In this document: piece by piece, positions 12,913 through 24,849 of the stretch
How the letters are laid out: the number at the start of each line of letters is the position of its first letter
Position numbering within the stretch: the stretch's first letter is position 1
NCBI RefSeq assembly: GCF_001194135.2
Contig: NC_069003.1
Coordinates: forward strand, 25,285,030-25,349,029
Length of the DNA: 64,000 bases
Origin: Octopus bimaculoides
Taxonomy: Eukaryota
Direction of reading: 5' to 3'
Position numbers and translations under genes: made by a program
Notes under the pieces: model-generated
The model's database searches: none
What the model saw: only the letters and a program-made list of their open reading frames with translations
What the model was told of the DNA's origin: nothing

Positions 12913-13149
12913 CTGTTGTGTCTGGGGTGAGTCATTTTTTTTATTGTGCCTTAAAAATTAACACACTCACCGTTACAACTTCCACTTATTTTTATTTTCC
13001 TAAAATTTTCGTTGCGTCTTGCAACCTTTTCGATAGTCTTGACACAACGAAAATTTTAGGAAAATAAAAATAATAAGTGGAAATTTTAACGGTGAGTGTG
13101 TTAATTTTTAAGGCACAATAAAAAAAATGACTCTCCCCAGACACAACAG
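12913..13149. mobile_element. Near-perfect 237-bp palindromic (fold-back) element
   Basis: CTGTTGTGTCTGGGG...CCCCAGACACAACAG, ~105-bp arms with a ~22-nt loop; the ORF track shows HFFYCALKINTLTV on both strands. Confidence 0.85.
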
Positions 13150-13269
13150 AATATGCTTCAACACACGAAATCACATAAAAAATCTTGCAAACCAAATCCA
13201 AAAACGAAATATTATACAAAACACTATTTGTTAAATGCACCGGTCTTGTGGGGCTAGACAGACCTGTTG

Positions 13270-13836
13270 NNNNNNNNNNNNNNNNNNNNNNNNNNNNNNN
13301 NNNNNNNNNNNNNNNNNNNNNNNNNNNNNNNNNNNNNNNNNNNNNNNNNNNNNNNNNNNNNNNNNNNNNNNNNNNNNNNNNNNNNNNNNNNNNNNNNNNN
13401 NNNNNNNNNNNNNNNNNNNNNNNNNNNNNNNNNNNNNNNNNNNNNNNNNNNNNNNNNNNNNNNNNNNNNNNNNNNNNNNNNNNNNNNNNNNNNNNNNNNN
13501 NNNNNNNNNNNNNNNNNNNNNNNNNNNNNNNNNNNNNNNNNNNNNNNNNNNNNNNNNNNNNNNNNNNNNNNNNNNNNNNNNNNNNNNNNNNNNNNNNNNN
13601 NNNNNNNNNNNNNNNNNNNNNNNNNNNNNNNNNNNNNNNNNNNNNNNNNNNNNNNNNNNNNNNNNNNNNNNNNNNNNNNNNNNNNNNNNNNNNNNNNNNN
13701 NNNNNNNNNNNNNNNNNNNNNNNNNNNNNNNNNNNNNNNNNNNNNNNNNNNNNNNNNNNNNNNNNNNNNNNNNNNNNNNNNNNNNNNNNNNNNNNNNNNN
13801 NNNNNNNNNNNNNNNNNNNNNNNNNNNNNNNNNNNN
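13270..13836. other. Assembly gap (other gaps: 17374-17502, 27075-27224, 28785-29188, 34356-34486, 35755-35764, 48874-49255, 52462-52534, 62857-63547)
   Basis: Runs of N. Confidence 0.99.
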
Positions 13837-13899
13837 TTTTTTTTTTTTTTTTTTTTTTTTCGTCTCCTCAACCCCATCTTACTAGTGATGTTGCTGTCG

Positions 13900-14700
13900 G
13901 TAACTATATAGTACGGTAGCGATGTTGATGGTGTTATTGTTGTTGTAGTAGTGTTGCTGTCAGTAATATAGTGGTGGTGGTGGTGGTGTCAGCCGAGACA
14001 GGGATACATTCCTCTATAATCAGTTCTATTTGGCAGAGGAGAGAGAGAGCTAAAAATGACATGCAGTGTCTGAAATGTTTGACACTAGCTCTATAATAGA
14101 TGTCAACACTGAATAGCTACCGGGGTGGTTTAGGGAGCTACGTAGAGCTGTGGTGGTGGTGGCGGCGATGTAGTGAAGCTATCAGCTTCCACTCCGACTT
14201 CCCTACCCCCGCTTCACTCTCTTTTTCAGTTTTTTTTTTGTCTTTTCGTCTTGTTTTTTTTTAAGTATTGCTGATAAACTTCCCGAGGGTGGAAGTGAGA
14301 GAGTGCTCTGTGTGAGAGTGTCAGTGCCAAAAACTTTTATTGTAGACATGCTACTTGCCAACCCTTCTCCCAACGTTTTTTTTTTTTTTGACGGGGGGAG
14401 GGGGGTTGCAATTTTTTTTTAAATTTTTTTGTGTACTCACCGCCTCCATCAACCTCCTTTATGTCATCGTGTCACTACCACTACCACGACTACTAAACTA
14501 CTGCGGTTTACGTCTGTCTTGCTTTCTCTCTCTCTCTCACTGCCTGCCATACTAAGCCTTGTTTGACAGGTCCTCGGTAAACAACCACATTCACATCTGG
14601 CATTCGCGAACCCCCCTCCCCCTCTTTCACCTCACTCTCGTAAATACACACTTAACTGTTGAAAAAATATTAATGTGGGTTATATAGGTTTACGTAAGCA
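13900..14700. promoter_or_regulatory. CpG-rich promoter-like island inside the sulfotransferase-like gene intron
   Basis: Unique sequence with roughly 20 CpG in ~600 bp (by eye), flanked by CpG-poor DNA; GGT/GTA triplet runs and a (CT)n tract; candidate donors on both strands. Confidence 0.35.
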
Positions 14701-14917
14701 TGCAACTATAAGAGATTTTAAAACTACACGTTTACACATTCTTTCTCTTTTTCTCTATCGCACCTGTACACACACACACACACACACACACACTCTCTCT
14801 CTTTCTCCCTCTCTCTCTCTCTCTCTCCCCCCCTCTCTCACACACACACACACAAATGCCCCTTAAACACAATAGTATTGTCTCTCCTAAATCCTTGTAA
14901 TCTACCCTCTTATTTTT

Positions 14918-15540
14918 ATCATTTACTTGTTTCAATCATTAGACTGCGGCCATGTTGGGGCGCCGCCTTGAAGAATTTTTAATCGAATGAATCGACCCCA
15001 TTCCTTTTCTTTTTTTTTTTTTTAGCCTGATACTTATTCTATTGGTCTCTTTGCCCAACTGCTAAGTTACGGATACGTAAACACAAACAAGTTGTGGTGA
15101 GGGACAAACTCACACACACACGGCAGGCTTCTCTCAGTTTCCGTCTACCAGAACCGCTCACAAGGCTTTGGTTGGCCCGAGGTTACAGTAAAAGACACTT
15201 ACCTAAGGTGCCATGCACAGGGACTGAACCCGGACTGTGTGGTTGCGAAGCAATCTTCTGACCACACAGCCACGCCTACGCCTCGGGCCGACAAAAGCCT
15301 TGTGTGTGGATTTGGTTGACGGAAACTGAAAGAAGCCCATCATTTTATGTGTGTATGTGTGTACATATATCTGTGTCTTTGTCCCTCATCACTGTTTGAC
15401 AACCAGTGTTGGTGTGTTTGCATCCCTGTATCAGCAGTTCGGCAAAAGAGACAAATAGAAATAAGTACTGAGGTTAATTCTTCGATGTGGTGCCCCAGCA
15501 TGGCTGCAATGTAATGACTGAAACTAGTAAAAGCTAAAAG
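14918..15540. mobile_element. Inverted dimer of family A SINEs (minus 14918-15287, plus 15288-15540)
   Basis: The minus copy ends ...CACAGCCACGCC and is directly followed by the plus-strand body TCGGGCCGACAAAAGCCTTG...GACTGAAACTAGTAAAAG. Confidence 0.8.
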
Positions 15541-15543
15541 ATT

Positions 15544-15574
<31 letters not shown>

Positions 15575-16003
15575 CAGTCTTGCTACATCTACACCCAACA
15601 CCAAATCTCTATCATATTTACCTCCCACCCAAAACCACTCTGCTGTATCTACTTTCCACTCACATCCATACACACATCCTACACAGTGTCTCTGTTACCT
15701 GTCAGCTTGTAGATGGAGAAGGAATTCCATCTGCATCTCGTACCATCTCCCAGCCTCAGCTGTAAATGAAATTGCCATCCTTCAGTACAACCACATTTTC
15801 TACTTTGGATGTTTTGTAAAACAAATCTTACACAAGTGAAATATGTTGAAAGGTAATACCAAAGTAAGATGCTATGAGCACATGAAAACAAACTTATTTT
15901 TTAGAGATAGGTTGGGTGACATTCGAGGAAAGTTTGACTGCTATTTCTAACCACTTTGAATACCAGCATCGTTTTAAGACATTGTACTCTTTTATGTGTA
16001 TAG

Positions 16004-16207
16004 CTCTTTTACTTGTTTCAGTCATTTGACTGCGACCATGCTGGAGCACTGCCTTTAGTCGAATCAAATCGACCCCAGGACTTATTTTTTGGAAGCCTAG
16101 TATTTATTCTATCGGTCTCTTTTACCGAACCGCTAAGTTACGGGGACGTAAACACCAGCATCGGTTGTCAAGCGATATTGGGGGGACAAATACAGACACA
16201 CACACAC

Positions 16208-16241
<34 letters not shown>

Positions 16242-16404
16242 GATGGGGCTTCTTTCAGTTTCCGTCTACCAAATCCACTCACAAGGCTTTGATTGGCCCG
16301 AGGCTATAGTAGAAGACACTTGCCAAACGGGCCACGCAGTGGGACTGAACCCAGAACCATGTGGTTGGTAAGCAAGCTACTTACCACACAGCCACTCCCA
16401 TGCC
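16004..16404 (-). mobile_element. SINE family A, full length
   Basis: Complete body with a central (TA)n. Confidence 0.9.
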
Positions 16405-17207
16405 TAGCTGCATTACTCTCGCGCATGCAAAAATGTGATCATATGTAATGTACATACACACTTAACACATGTACAATTATGTTAATAGTCTTCACACCTG
16501 CAAAACTGCAATTGCGCATAATCGCAATCAACACCTGCTTTTACGACTATTATGCTCTGAAAAGTGGTTGCCCGGGAGGGGGCGAGGTCTGTTTTTGTGT
16601 TGTTCTTTTTTAAACTGTTACGCATGGCTTTTGCAGACTCTGCTCTGCAAGGCTGTTGGGATGGCACACAGTTAACATTCTTGAACATTTGTTGCAAGGC
16701 GACAGCTGCAGGGAGGAATAACTAGTTGCAGCGCAGGGGAGAGGATGCCTGTGTAGGTGGTGAGAGGAAAGATGAGTGAGTGAAAGGTGCCTGGTTGTAT
16801 GTGGCACGAGACCAGCTGTAGCAGTTGGTAGTTGAGAAAGGAGATAACACACTGGAGGAAGGAGTCAAGTATGTTGGTAAACAACTTAATGCTAATTAGG
16901 CAAGCAGTCTTTATTTGGATATGGTCCAACGTTCCCTCTAATTCTTTTGTTTTGTGTGTGTGTGTGTGTGTGTAGAAATTTGCTTATGCTTGCTCTTTTA
17001 CTTGTTTCAGTCATTTGACTGCAGCCATGCTGGAGCACTGCCTTGGAGGGTTTTAGTCGAACAAATCAACCCCAGCATTTAATTTTTTAACCCTAGTATT
17101 TATTCTATCAATCTCTTTTACTGAACTGCTAGGTTATGGAGACATAAACACATCAACACCAGTTGTCAAGCAGTGATGGGGGAACACACATATACATAGA
17201 TATACAT

Positions 17208-17873
17208 ATCATCATCATCGTCGTTTAACGTCTGCTTTCCATGCTAGCATGGGTTGGACGATTTGACTGAGGACTGGTGAACCAGGAGGCGACACCAGGC
17301 TCCAATCTGATTTGGCAGAGTTTCTACAGCTGGATGCCCTTCCTAACGCCAACCACTCCGAGTGGTTATATATNNNNNNNNNNNNNNNNNNNNNNNNNNN
17401 NNNNNNNNNNNNNNNNNNNNNNNNNNNNNNNNNNNNNNNNNNNNNNNNNNNNNNNNNNNNNNNNNNNNNNNNNNNNNNNNNNNNNNNNNNNNNNNNNNNN
17501 NNTCATACCACACACACACACAAGCATGCTCGTGTAAAATGAATATACATATATCTATAGACACACGCACACACATATACATACATATTCGAGCGAGGTT
17601 GTTGCCAGTGCCGCTGGACTGGCTCCTGTGCAGGTGGCACGTCAAATACACCATTTCGAGCGTGGCCGTTGCCAGTACCGCCTGACTGGCCCTCGTGCCG
17701 GTGGCACGTAAAAGCACCCACTACACTCTCTGAGTGGTTGGCGTTAGGAAGGGCATCCAGCTGTAGAAACTCTGCCAAATCAGATTGGAGCCTGGTGTAG
17801 CCATCTGGTTTCACCAGTCCTCATTCAAATTGTCCAACCCATGCTAGCATGGAAAGAGGATGTTAAATGATGA
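17208..17873. mobile_element. Inverted pair of family C elements around an N-gap (minus 17208-17362, plus 17590-17873)
   Basis: (ATC)n-GTTTAACGTC...TGGATGCCCTTCCTAACGCC on the left; the reverse-complement sequence on the right. Confidence 0.8.
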
Positions 17874-17875
17874 CA

Positions 17876-17992
<117 letters not shown>

Positions 17993-18275
17993 ACAGACTT
18001 CTTTCAGTTTCCGTCAACCAAACCCAGTCACAAGGCAAGAAGACATTTGTCCAAGGTGCCACATAATGGAACTGAACCTAGAACCATGTGGTTGGGAAGC
18101 AAGCTTCTTACCAATGCGCGAATTTTATTTTGCATATCTAAAAGAATAATCACCTTCATTTAAAAAAATTCAATTTCACCTTTAAAATTATTTGTGCACG
18201 TTTTTTACTCCCATGCACTAGATGCAAAATGTGTGATGTCACCTAAGAAGTCTGTATGTGTGTATCTGTAATCTT

Positions 18276-18593
18276 GGCACGTGGCTTAGTGGTTAGAGCA
18301 TTTGGCTCACAATCGTAAGGTCGTGAGTTCAATCCCCGGCAATGTGTTGTGTCCTTGAGTGAGACACTTTATTTCATGTTGCTCCAGTTCACTCAGCTGG
18401 CAAAAATGAGTAGTACCTGTATTTCAAAGGGGCCAGTCTTGTTGCACCTTGTGTCACACTGAATCTTCCTGAGCACTACATTAAGGGTACACATATTTGC
18501 GGAATGCTCAGTCACTTGCACGTTAATTTCATGAGCAAGCTGTTCCGCTGATCGTATCAGCTGGGACCCTCACCGTCATAACCAATGTAGTGC
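18276..18593 (+). mobile_element. tRNA-derived SINE sharing the family D 3' half but with a different head and centre (relatives ~29760-29950 minus, ~51565-51720 plus)
   Basis: GGCACGTGGCTTAGTGGTTAGAGC...GAGTTCAATCCCC, then GTGTTGTGTCCTTGAG...ACACTTTATTTC, then TACCTGTATTTCAAAGGG...CACTTGCACGTTAATTTC as in family D. Confidence 0.75.
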
Positions 18594-18849
18594 TCCTACT
18601 ACATCTGTAGCCCAAGCTAAAGTATGCGATCTGTAGTTTATTGTGGGGTTTCAGTTCAGCTTTGTAGAGTATTTGGTAGCTAGTGTGGAGAGGGCCAAAG
18701 ACATTTTTGATCTGAAGAAGGTGGCTAGCTTATGGCTGTTGCCAGTAGTGATTGCCACTGATGGTGAGGCCCAGAATTTATAGTGATATTGAGGGTTCTA
18801 GTTTGTTGTTGTTCATGTTCAGTGGATGACTATGATGTATAGTGATATC

Positions 18850-19275
18850 TTGTGAAGGCCAGAAATTTGTAAGTGTAAAAAAAACCAACCTCTTCGACTG
18901 TGATAAACTTTTTACATGAATTGTTTGCAAGATTTGGCATCCCAGACAAGATAGTGTCTGACAATGGAATACAATTTGTGTCTACCGAATTTTAAAAGTT
19001 TTGTGAAATGTTCGTGGTAGAACATGTAACTACTGCACCATATCATTCCCAGATCTAATGGACAGGCAGAATGCTTTGTCGATACCTTCAAAAGAACCGT
19101 TAGAAAATCAAATAAGGAAGTCATGGATGAAGTAGCTCTACAACAATTTTTAAGAGTATACTGTGTGACACCAAATCTGAACACACCAGCAGATAGCTCA
19201 CCAGCAGAACTGATATTTGCAAGGAAAGTAAAATCAATCTTTGATAAATTGCTACCAGGCAAGAAAAGAAAAAGT
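18850..19275 (+). mobile_element. Gypsy/Ty3 LTR-retrotransposon integrase remnant
   Basis: LFARFGIPDKIVSDNGIQFVSTEF*, TTAPYH (frameshift) RSNGQAECFVDTFKR, SPAELIFARK: rve integrase core with an in-frame stop and a frameshift. Confidence 0.85.
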
Positions 19276-20317
19276 GCTAGGGAACTGCTAAGTGACGCGG
19301 GACATAATAAACACACTAGCATCGGTTGTCAAGCAATGCTAGCAGGGACAAACACATACACACACACACACACATACATATATACGACGGGCTTCTTTCA
19401 GTTTCCGTCTACCAAATTCCACTCATAAGGCTATAGTAGAAGACACTTGCTCAAGATGCCACGCAGTGGGACTGAACCCAGAACCATGTGGTTGGTAAGC
19501 AAGCTACTTACCACACAGCCACTCTTGCATTATGCAATTAATTTTTTTTTTTTTTTTTTGCTTTCCACAATGCAGCAGTGTAATCAAATCTTTCCATGGG
19601 TCTACCTTAAGTGGTATTTGAAAACATGCTAAAGAGAGAGTCGCGATGTTATTGCTCATCGTACTAGAAACAACAGCAAATCCCACCTCGAATTACCCTA
19701 ACATCTTTAGAAAGATTAAAAGAATGACATGTTGGATATTGTAGACAGGGATATACAATACTGGAAAAAGTACTGTGATGGTCATGGCTAGAAGGCCTTC
19801 GTTCATAGGTTTACTTGATCAGTACTGGTTTAATTCTACCACTAATCTTTCAGCTATGAAAGGAGTATGTCGAAGTAAGAAGAATTGTGCCCCTTAATTC
19901 AGAAGTACAACAGGACAGCTTTAGCAAGTTTTATGTAGCACCTTTACTGTAGAAGTAAGAGTAAAGCCCATCTTGTGTCTTTACTATACAAATGTCTTAA
20001 TTGTTGAAGCTGTATTAAATATAATGACTTGTTTGGAAGAAAGAAATTATTTTAAACCGGCCATATCCAGCCAGAATATTTTACAAGTTTTATGTTCAGA
20101 TCGGTCAGATCTGGTCTCTCACACCAACTCTACAATACCATTCTAAAAATTAGTGGTTACCTCATCAAAATCTCAAAGCTACAAGACAATGTATACCTCA
20201 TTCAAAACTATGTGAATAAAGAAGCTTTACTTTTGACAGAATAATATGAATGATAAAAGGTTAATAAAACAAATTTGAAGAACATTTTCTAAAACTTTTT
20301 ACTTTTTTTATTTTCAG

Positions 20318-21377
20318 GAAAGAATCGGTTGAATTACAAAACATAATGGTGTCTCTGGGCCGGCTGAAAGACAACTCCAATGTATATAAAGTCCTGCAAG
20401 AGGAACTAATGGAATCTACAGTTCAAAGAGTATTTCCATGGTTACCAAAGAACAACACTTTGCCAAACTATTTCTTTCACCAGCAAACCAGAAAGTCTCC
20501 AGCCAGTTACCAACACAGCAATATCGTCTTTATGACAAATACTCATGACAGTAGCAATTCATTCTCAGATTGTCTTCATGACATAGCCACTGACCACTCG
20601 TTGCCCATGTCTCCATTCATGTCCATTCGCAACCGGAGGGCATGGGAAGAGGCTGAGGGCAACGAGCGCATGCTCCATGACCGGATTAAGATCCACCATG
20701 GAAATTATGCCTTTGGCATGTGCGAGAATCTCACCAGTTCATGCTCGTATTTTTTAATGCTCCAAGATCCAATAGAGCGAGCCATCTCGACCTACCATTA
20801 CTGTAAGGATGCCATCAGAGATGAACTCTGCAGTGTAGTGAATGCCAACAAAGTTTCCGTCCATGATTGGGCAGTCCACCAAGGAAGTTTGTTCTTCCGT
20901 CAGTTATTGTTCAAACCTGACTTTTGCGACATAGAAGTGAATAGTTCTCTCATAGCAGTCCAAAATATTAACAAGCTCCCCTGTTGGTACAAGCAAAAGC
21001 TTTATTTTGATTCCTTATCGAATGCTGATGTTACAGAAGCTCTCAACTATGTTGGAAAGCATCTTGACCAGTGGTTTTCAGTTGTGGGTCACGTCGATGA
21101 CTACTCCGCCTCCGTCAAAATGTTTGAATATGTTTACCGGTTACCATTTTCTAAATGTTATGATTCCTCTCTGGCCTTCCAAGAAGAACCTAGCAATAAT
21201 AACAGGGCATACACAGTAGATCAAAATGAAGAAACTTTAGACAAGCAAGAAGTGTTCCTTCTAAAACAAAGTGTCACTGTTCAAAAAGCTTTACATGCCG
21301 ACTACAGAATTTATAATGAAGCCAAAAAGTTATACCAAATTCAAAGACAGGTTTTATTTAATCAAATAGGACATTAA
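20318..21377 (+). CDS. Coding exon 2: sulfotransferase-like lumenal domain (Sulfotransfer_2/HS2ST/Gal3ST-like), motifs degenerate
   Basis: Polypyrimidine tract + TTTCAG acceptor at 20317; open frame G-KESVELQNI-MVSLG... to TAA at 21375-21377. Contains YFLMLQDPIERAISTYHY (3'-PB-like), FSVVGHVDDY and DYRIYNEAKKLY (typical C-terminal sulfotransferase motifs), 8 Cys, and NNT/NLT/NSS sequons. Confidence 0.85.
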
Positions 21378-22040
21378 TGAGATGTTTGATAACAATCTGA
21401 TCATTGATGAAACCAAGCAACAATTTGTATATAGACTGTATTGTGTATATAAAAATCAACAACTGTACATCTGTATAAAGTATTTAAAAAGATTTTACAT
21501 TCTAAAATATTTATTTGTTTAGAATTTTTTGAATATTTTGTGTTTTCTGTTTTTAATTAAATTCCCTTAAATTCTGTTCTTTTATTAACTTCCCCACTGC
21601 CTTTTATCCATGTTCCTCTAAATTCTTGAAAAACCAATTCATCACTTTAAAAATCCTCAGGATCACTCTACTTTTAGGGTCTTGTCTGTGATAGGCAAGT
21701 TTTCTCAAAGCTAAAGTAATTCCATGAAATGGGGCAGTAGCAATTTGAGGATGATTCCAAGGTTCAAACTGAAATATTGGGTTTGTGTACTGCGTATAGG
21801 ACAACAATTGGTAAAGTCGTTAGAGCATCAGATAGAATGGTTTGTGGTACTTTTTCAACGGTTTGAGTTCAGATACCACTGAAACCAACGTTGTTAATCA
21901 CCCCACCACCACCACCACCACTACCACCATCCATACCAAAAAACAAAAACAAAAGGACAAGTAAAGTAGCAGTACAGAGCAGTGTATTAACAGGTTTGTT
22001 AGAGCATTGGATCAGATGCCTTGTAGGATCTGTTCTGGCT

Positions 22041-22432
22041 CTCTTTACTCTTTTACTCTTTTACTTGTTTCAGTCATTTGACTGTGGCCATGCTGGAGCA
22101 CCGCCTTTAGTCGAGCAAATCGACCCCAGTACTTATTCTTTGTAAGTCTACTACTTATTCTATCAGTCTGTTTTGCCGAACTGCTAAGTTACAGGGACGT
22201 AAACACACCAGCATCGGTTGTCAAGCGATGGTGGGGCGACAAACACAGACACACAAACACACATACATATATACGACGGGCTTCTTTCAGTTTCCGTCTA
22301 CCAAATCCACTCACAAGGCTTTGGTCGGCCCGAGGCTATAGTAGAAGACACTTGCCAAAGGTGCCACGCAGTGGGACTGAACCCGGAACCATGTGGTTGG
22401 TAAGCAAGCTACTTACAACACAGCCACTCCTG
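22041..22432 (-). mobile_element. SINE family A, full length
   Basis: (CTCTTTTA)n tail and complete body. Confidence 0.9.
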
Positions 22433-23811
22433 TGTGTAATTTCTTTTTTTTTTTTTTTTTTTTTTGTGGAATACAAGATATGAACTTGTTAGTATGCATT
22501 TTAAACAATTTTAGGACGTTTGTTGCCTAAAATTTAGTTTCCAGTATCTCACTGCCTGACATACAAGAACATTGCACCTTCTTGTATGCCAGGCATTGCA
22601 TCACTGTGTCTCTTCATATGCAAGATATGTTGCTATATTTAAGCTATATTCAGAATAGATGTATGACAGCAGGCTGGCAACTCTTGAGGTGTGTTGCTAA
22701 ATAAGATACAAAAGGATGATCAACAAAGATAAATGGAGGGTGCTTACGTGTATAGATATACTGTCTGCAGTAAAATTATTAAAGATATTCTGTTCAAGTA
22801 GTGCATTTGTTTGTGTTGTATTCCAGTTCTAAGTGGAAATTACTTATTAAGAATGAGGAATTCTGCTGAAAGGTTAAAAATAAGGTGTGAGATTTTAATG
22901 TAAATGATATGGATTTCTCACAAAAGCACAATAACTCGAATTTAAAGGAGAGGTCATCATCATCATTTAACATCCGTTTTCCATGCTGGCATGAGTTAGA
23001 TGGTTTGACCAGAGCTGGTAAGTTTGAGAGCTTCGCTAGGCTCCAGCCATGTTTCAGTTTGGTCTCTATGGCTGGATGCCCTCCCTAATGCCAACCACTT
23101 TATAGAAGTGTACTAGATGCCCTTTTATATGTCATTGGCATGAGTACTCTTTTACGTATCATTGGCAGATGTGCCCCTATTGTGTTACTGGCACTGGCCA
23201 CAACCACAATTTTACCTAGCTTGATGTCTGTTAAGCACTGCAAATCACCAGGAATCTTGGTCACTTGCCATCACTTCCATGAGACTCAACAACCAAAGAT
23301 CATAGATCAACACCTCATCCCACGTCTTCCCGAGTCTACCTCTTCCACAGGTTTCCTCCACAAATAGAGATCAGCACTTGTTTACATAGAGTTGTTTATA
23401 TCAACTTCTGTACATGACTGGTTCTTTATCAAATCTGGAAAGATAAAAGGCAAAATTGAACTTAACATCATAAGGGACTTTTTTTTTTTAGTATTTTGTC
23501 AGAGTTTCAAGGAAAGTGGGAGTAAGTTATCCTCATTGGAGACCTGGCCTAAATGCTTGCAACAGACTGAAGTCAACAGCACCCAGGGAGGAAATGAAGA
23601 TGCTAAACTTGACAGGGGAACTAATTCTGCCACCCAGCAACTCAGAATACACAAAAGAGTCACCAGATATTACAAGGTGTCACATCTAATGTGTTGACTA
23701 TTCCACCAATCTTCTACCCTTTTTCAACCTTGAAAGGCAAAGTTAACTTCAGTAAAATTTAGACTCTGAGCATAGGCAACTAGAACAAATACTGCTGATA
23801 TGACTGATTAA

Positions 23812-24034
23812 CCCTTTCGTTACTGTATTTTTTTTTTTGAGAAGCTCTCTATTTTTTTCAGTTACTTTAAATATAACAAAGAATTTAGTAAAATAACTTA
23901 GTTATCATTAAGCTAGTGTTAGAAACCTAAATTGTGACTAAGGTTTGGTGGAAGATTTTAATTCAAAACTTATGAAAACAAGACATTTGTACTCAGAGCC
24001 AGAGCTGGTTTCAGCCAGGTTGGTAACGAAAGGG
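23812..24034. mobile_element. piggyBac-type MITE
   Basis: TTAA|CCCTTTCGTTAC ... GTAACGAAAGGG|TTAA (12-bp TIR, TTAA target site). Confidence 0.85.
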
Positions 24035-24599
24035 TTAAGGAGCTTGACAACTGGTGTTAGTGTGTTTACATCCCCATAACTTAGCAGTTTGGCAAAAAAG
24101 ATCAATAGAATAGGCTATAGGAAAAATAAGTTTTGAGGCCAATTCATTTGATTAAAAATTCTTCAAGGAGGTACCCCAGCATGGCCTTAACCAAATGGCT
24201 GAAACAAGTAAAAACAAAAACAAAAATATCCAGGATAATGTAGTCCTGATGAATGGCCAAGCTTAAACACAGCTTACATAGTTTAAACATTGTTTGCATA
24301 GTTCTGTTTAGTCAGGACTTATCAAAGATTATGTAAAGGATTAAGAGCTCTACTAGCTTAGCAATAAAAATGGCAACAATTTACTTTAGTCCATCAAATC
24401 AAGTTAGAGAAGTAACGAAATAAGGATATCATCATGCAAGTAAATGAAGGTAAAAAAAATGCCGTCCAACACAACTCTCAGATTATTGTTTTTCATGTTA
24501 GATTGTTGATGTTGTTTGTTCCTTCTCAAGCCATGCCTGGCTCTTAAGGGCCAGTTTCCCTGTTTCATTGGCATATAGGTTCCCCACTGGTCCATTGCA

Positions 24600-24802
24600 G
24601 GTGAGCTGCTAAATGCAGGAGGAAAGGGTGAGAGAAAGTCGTGGCAAAAGAGTCAGCAGAAGTTCACCATTACCTTCTGCCAGAGCCACGTGGAGCTTAG
24701 GTTCTTCGCTCATAAACACACACATCACCCGGTCTGAGATTTGAACTTGCAATCTCTTGACCGCGAGTCCACTGCTCTAACCACTAGGCCATGTGCCTCC
24801 AC
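24600..24802 (-). mobile_element. tRNA-derived SINE with a family-D-like head
   Basis: Reverse complement reads GTGGAGGCACATGGCCTAGTGGTTAGAGCAGTGGACTCGCGGTC. Confidence 0.65.
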
Positions 24803-24849
24803 ATCATTTTCCCCACCAGCATGTGGGAAAACATTTTTTTTTTCTTTTT

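Noticed and set aside
13185-13919. Long ORFs in the track here and at 28706-29245, 34244-34888, 48791-49267 and 62738-63954
   Set aside because: They are open only because they cross N-gaps. The only real coding part is VPS11 exon 13 within the last one.
14570-14576. Possible 7-nt microexon (TTTGACAG|GTCCTCG|GTAAAC) with an upstream TACTAAG
   Set aside because: It would frameshift the gene to an immediate stop, and such short AG..GT matches arise by chance; no support without RNA data.
16013-16371. Recurrent peptides such as FQSFDCGHAGAPP, YDGLLSVSVYQIHSQGFG and MAEFLQLDALPNANHS
   Set aside because: These are translations of SINE families A and C repeated throughout the window, not a gene family.
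18850-19275. Possible domesticated integrase gene
   Set aside because: In-frame stop and frameshift in the catalytic core, with no start or splice context.
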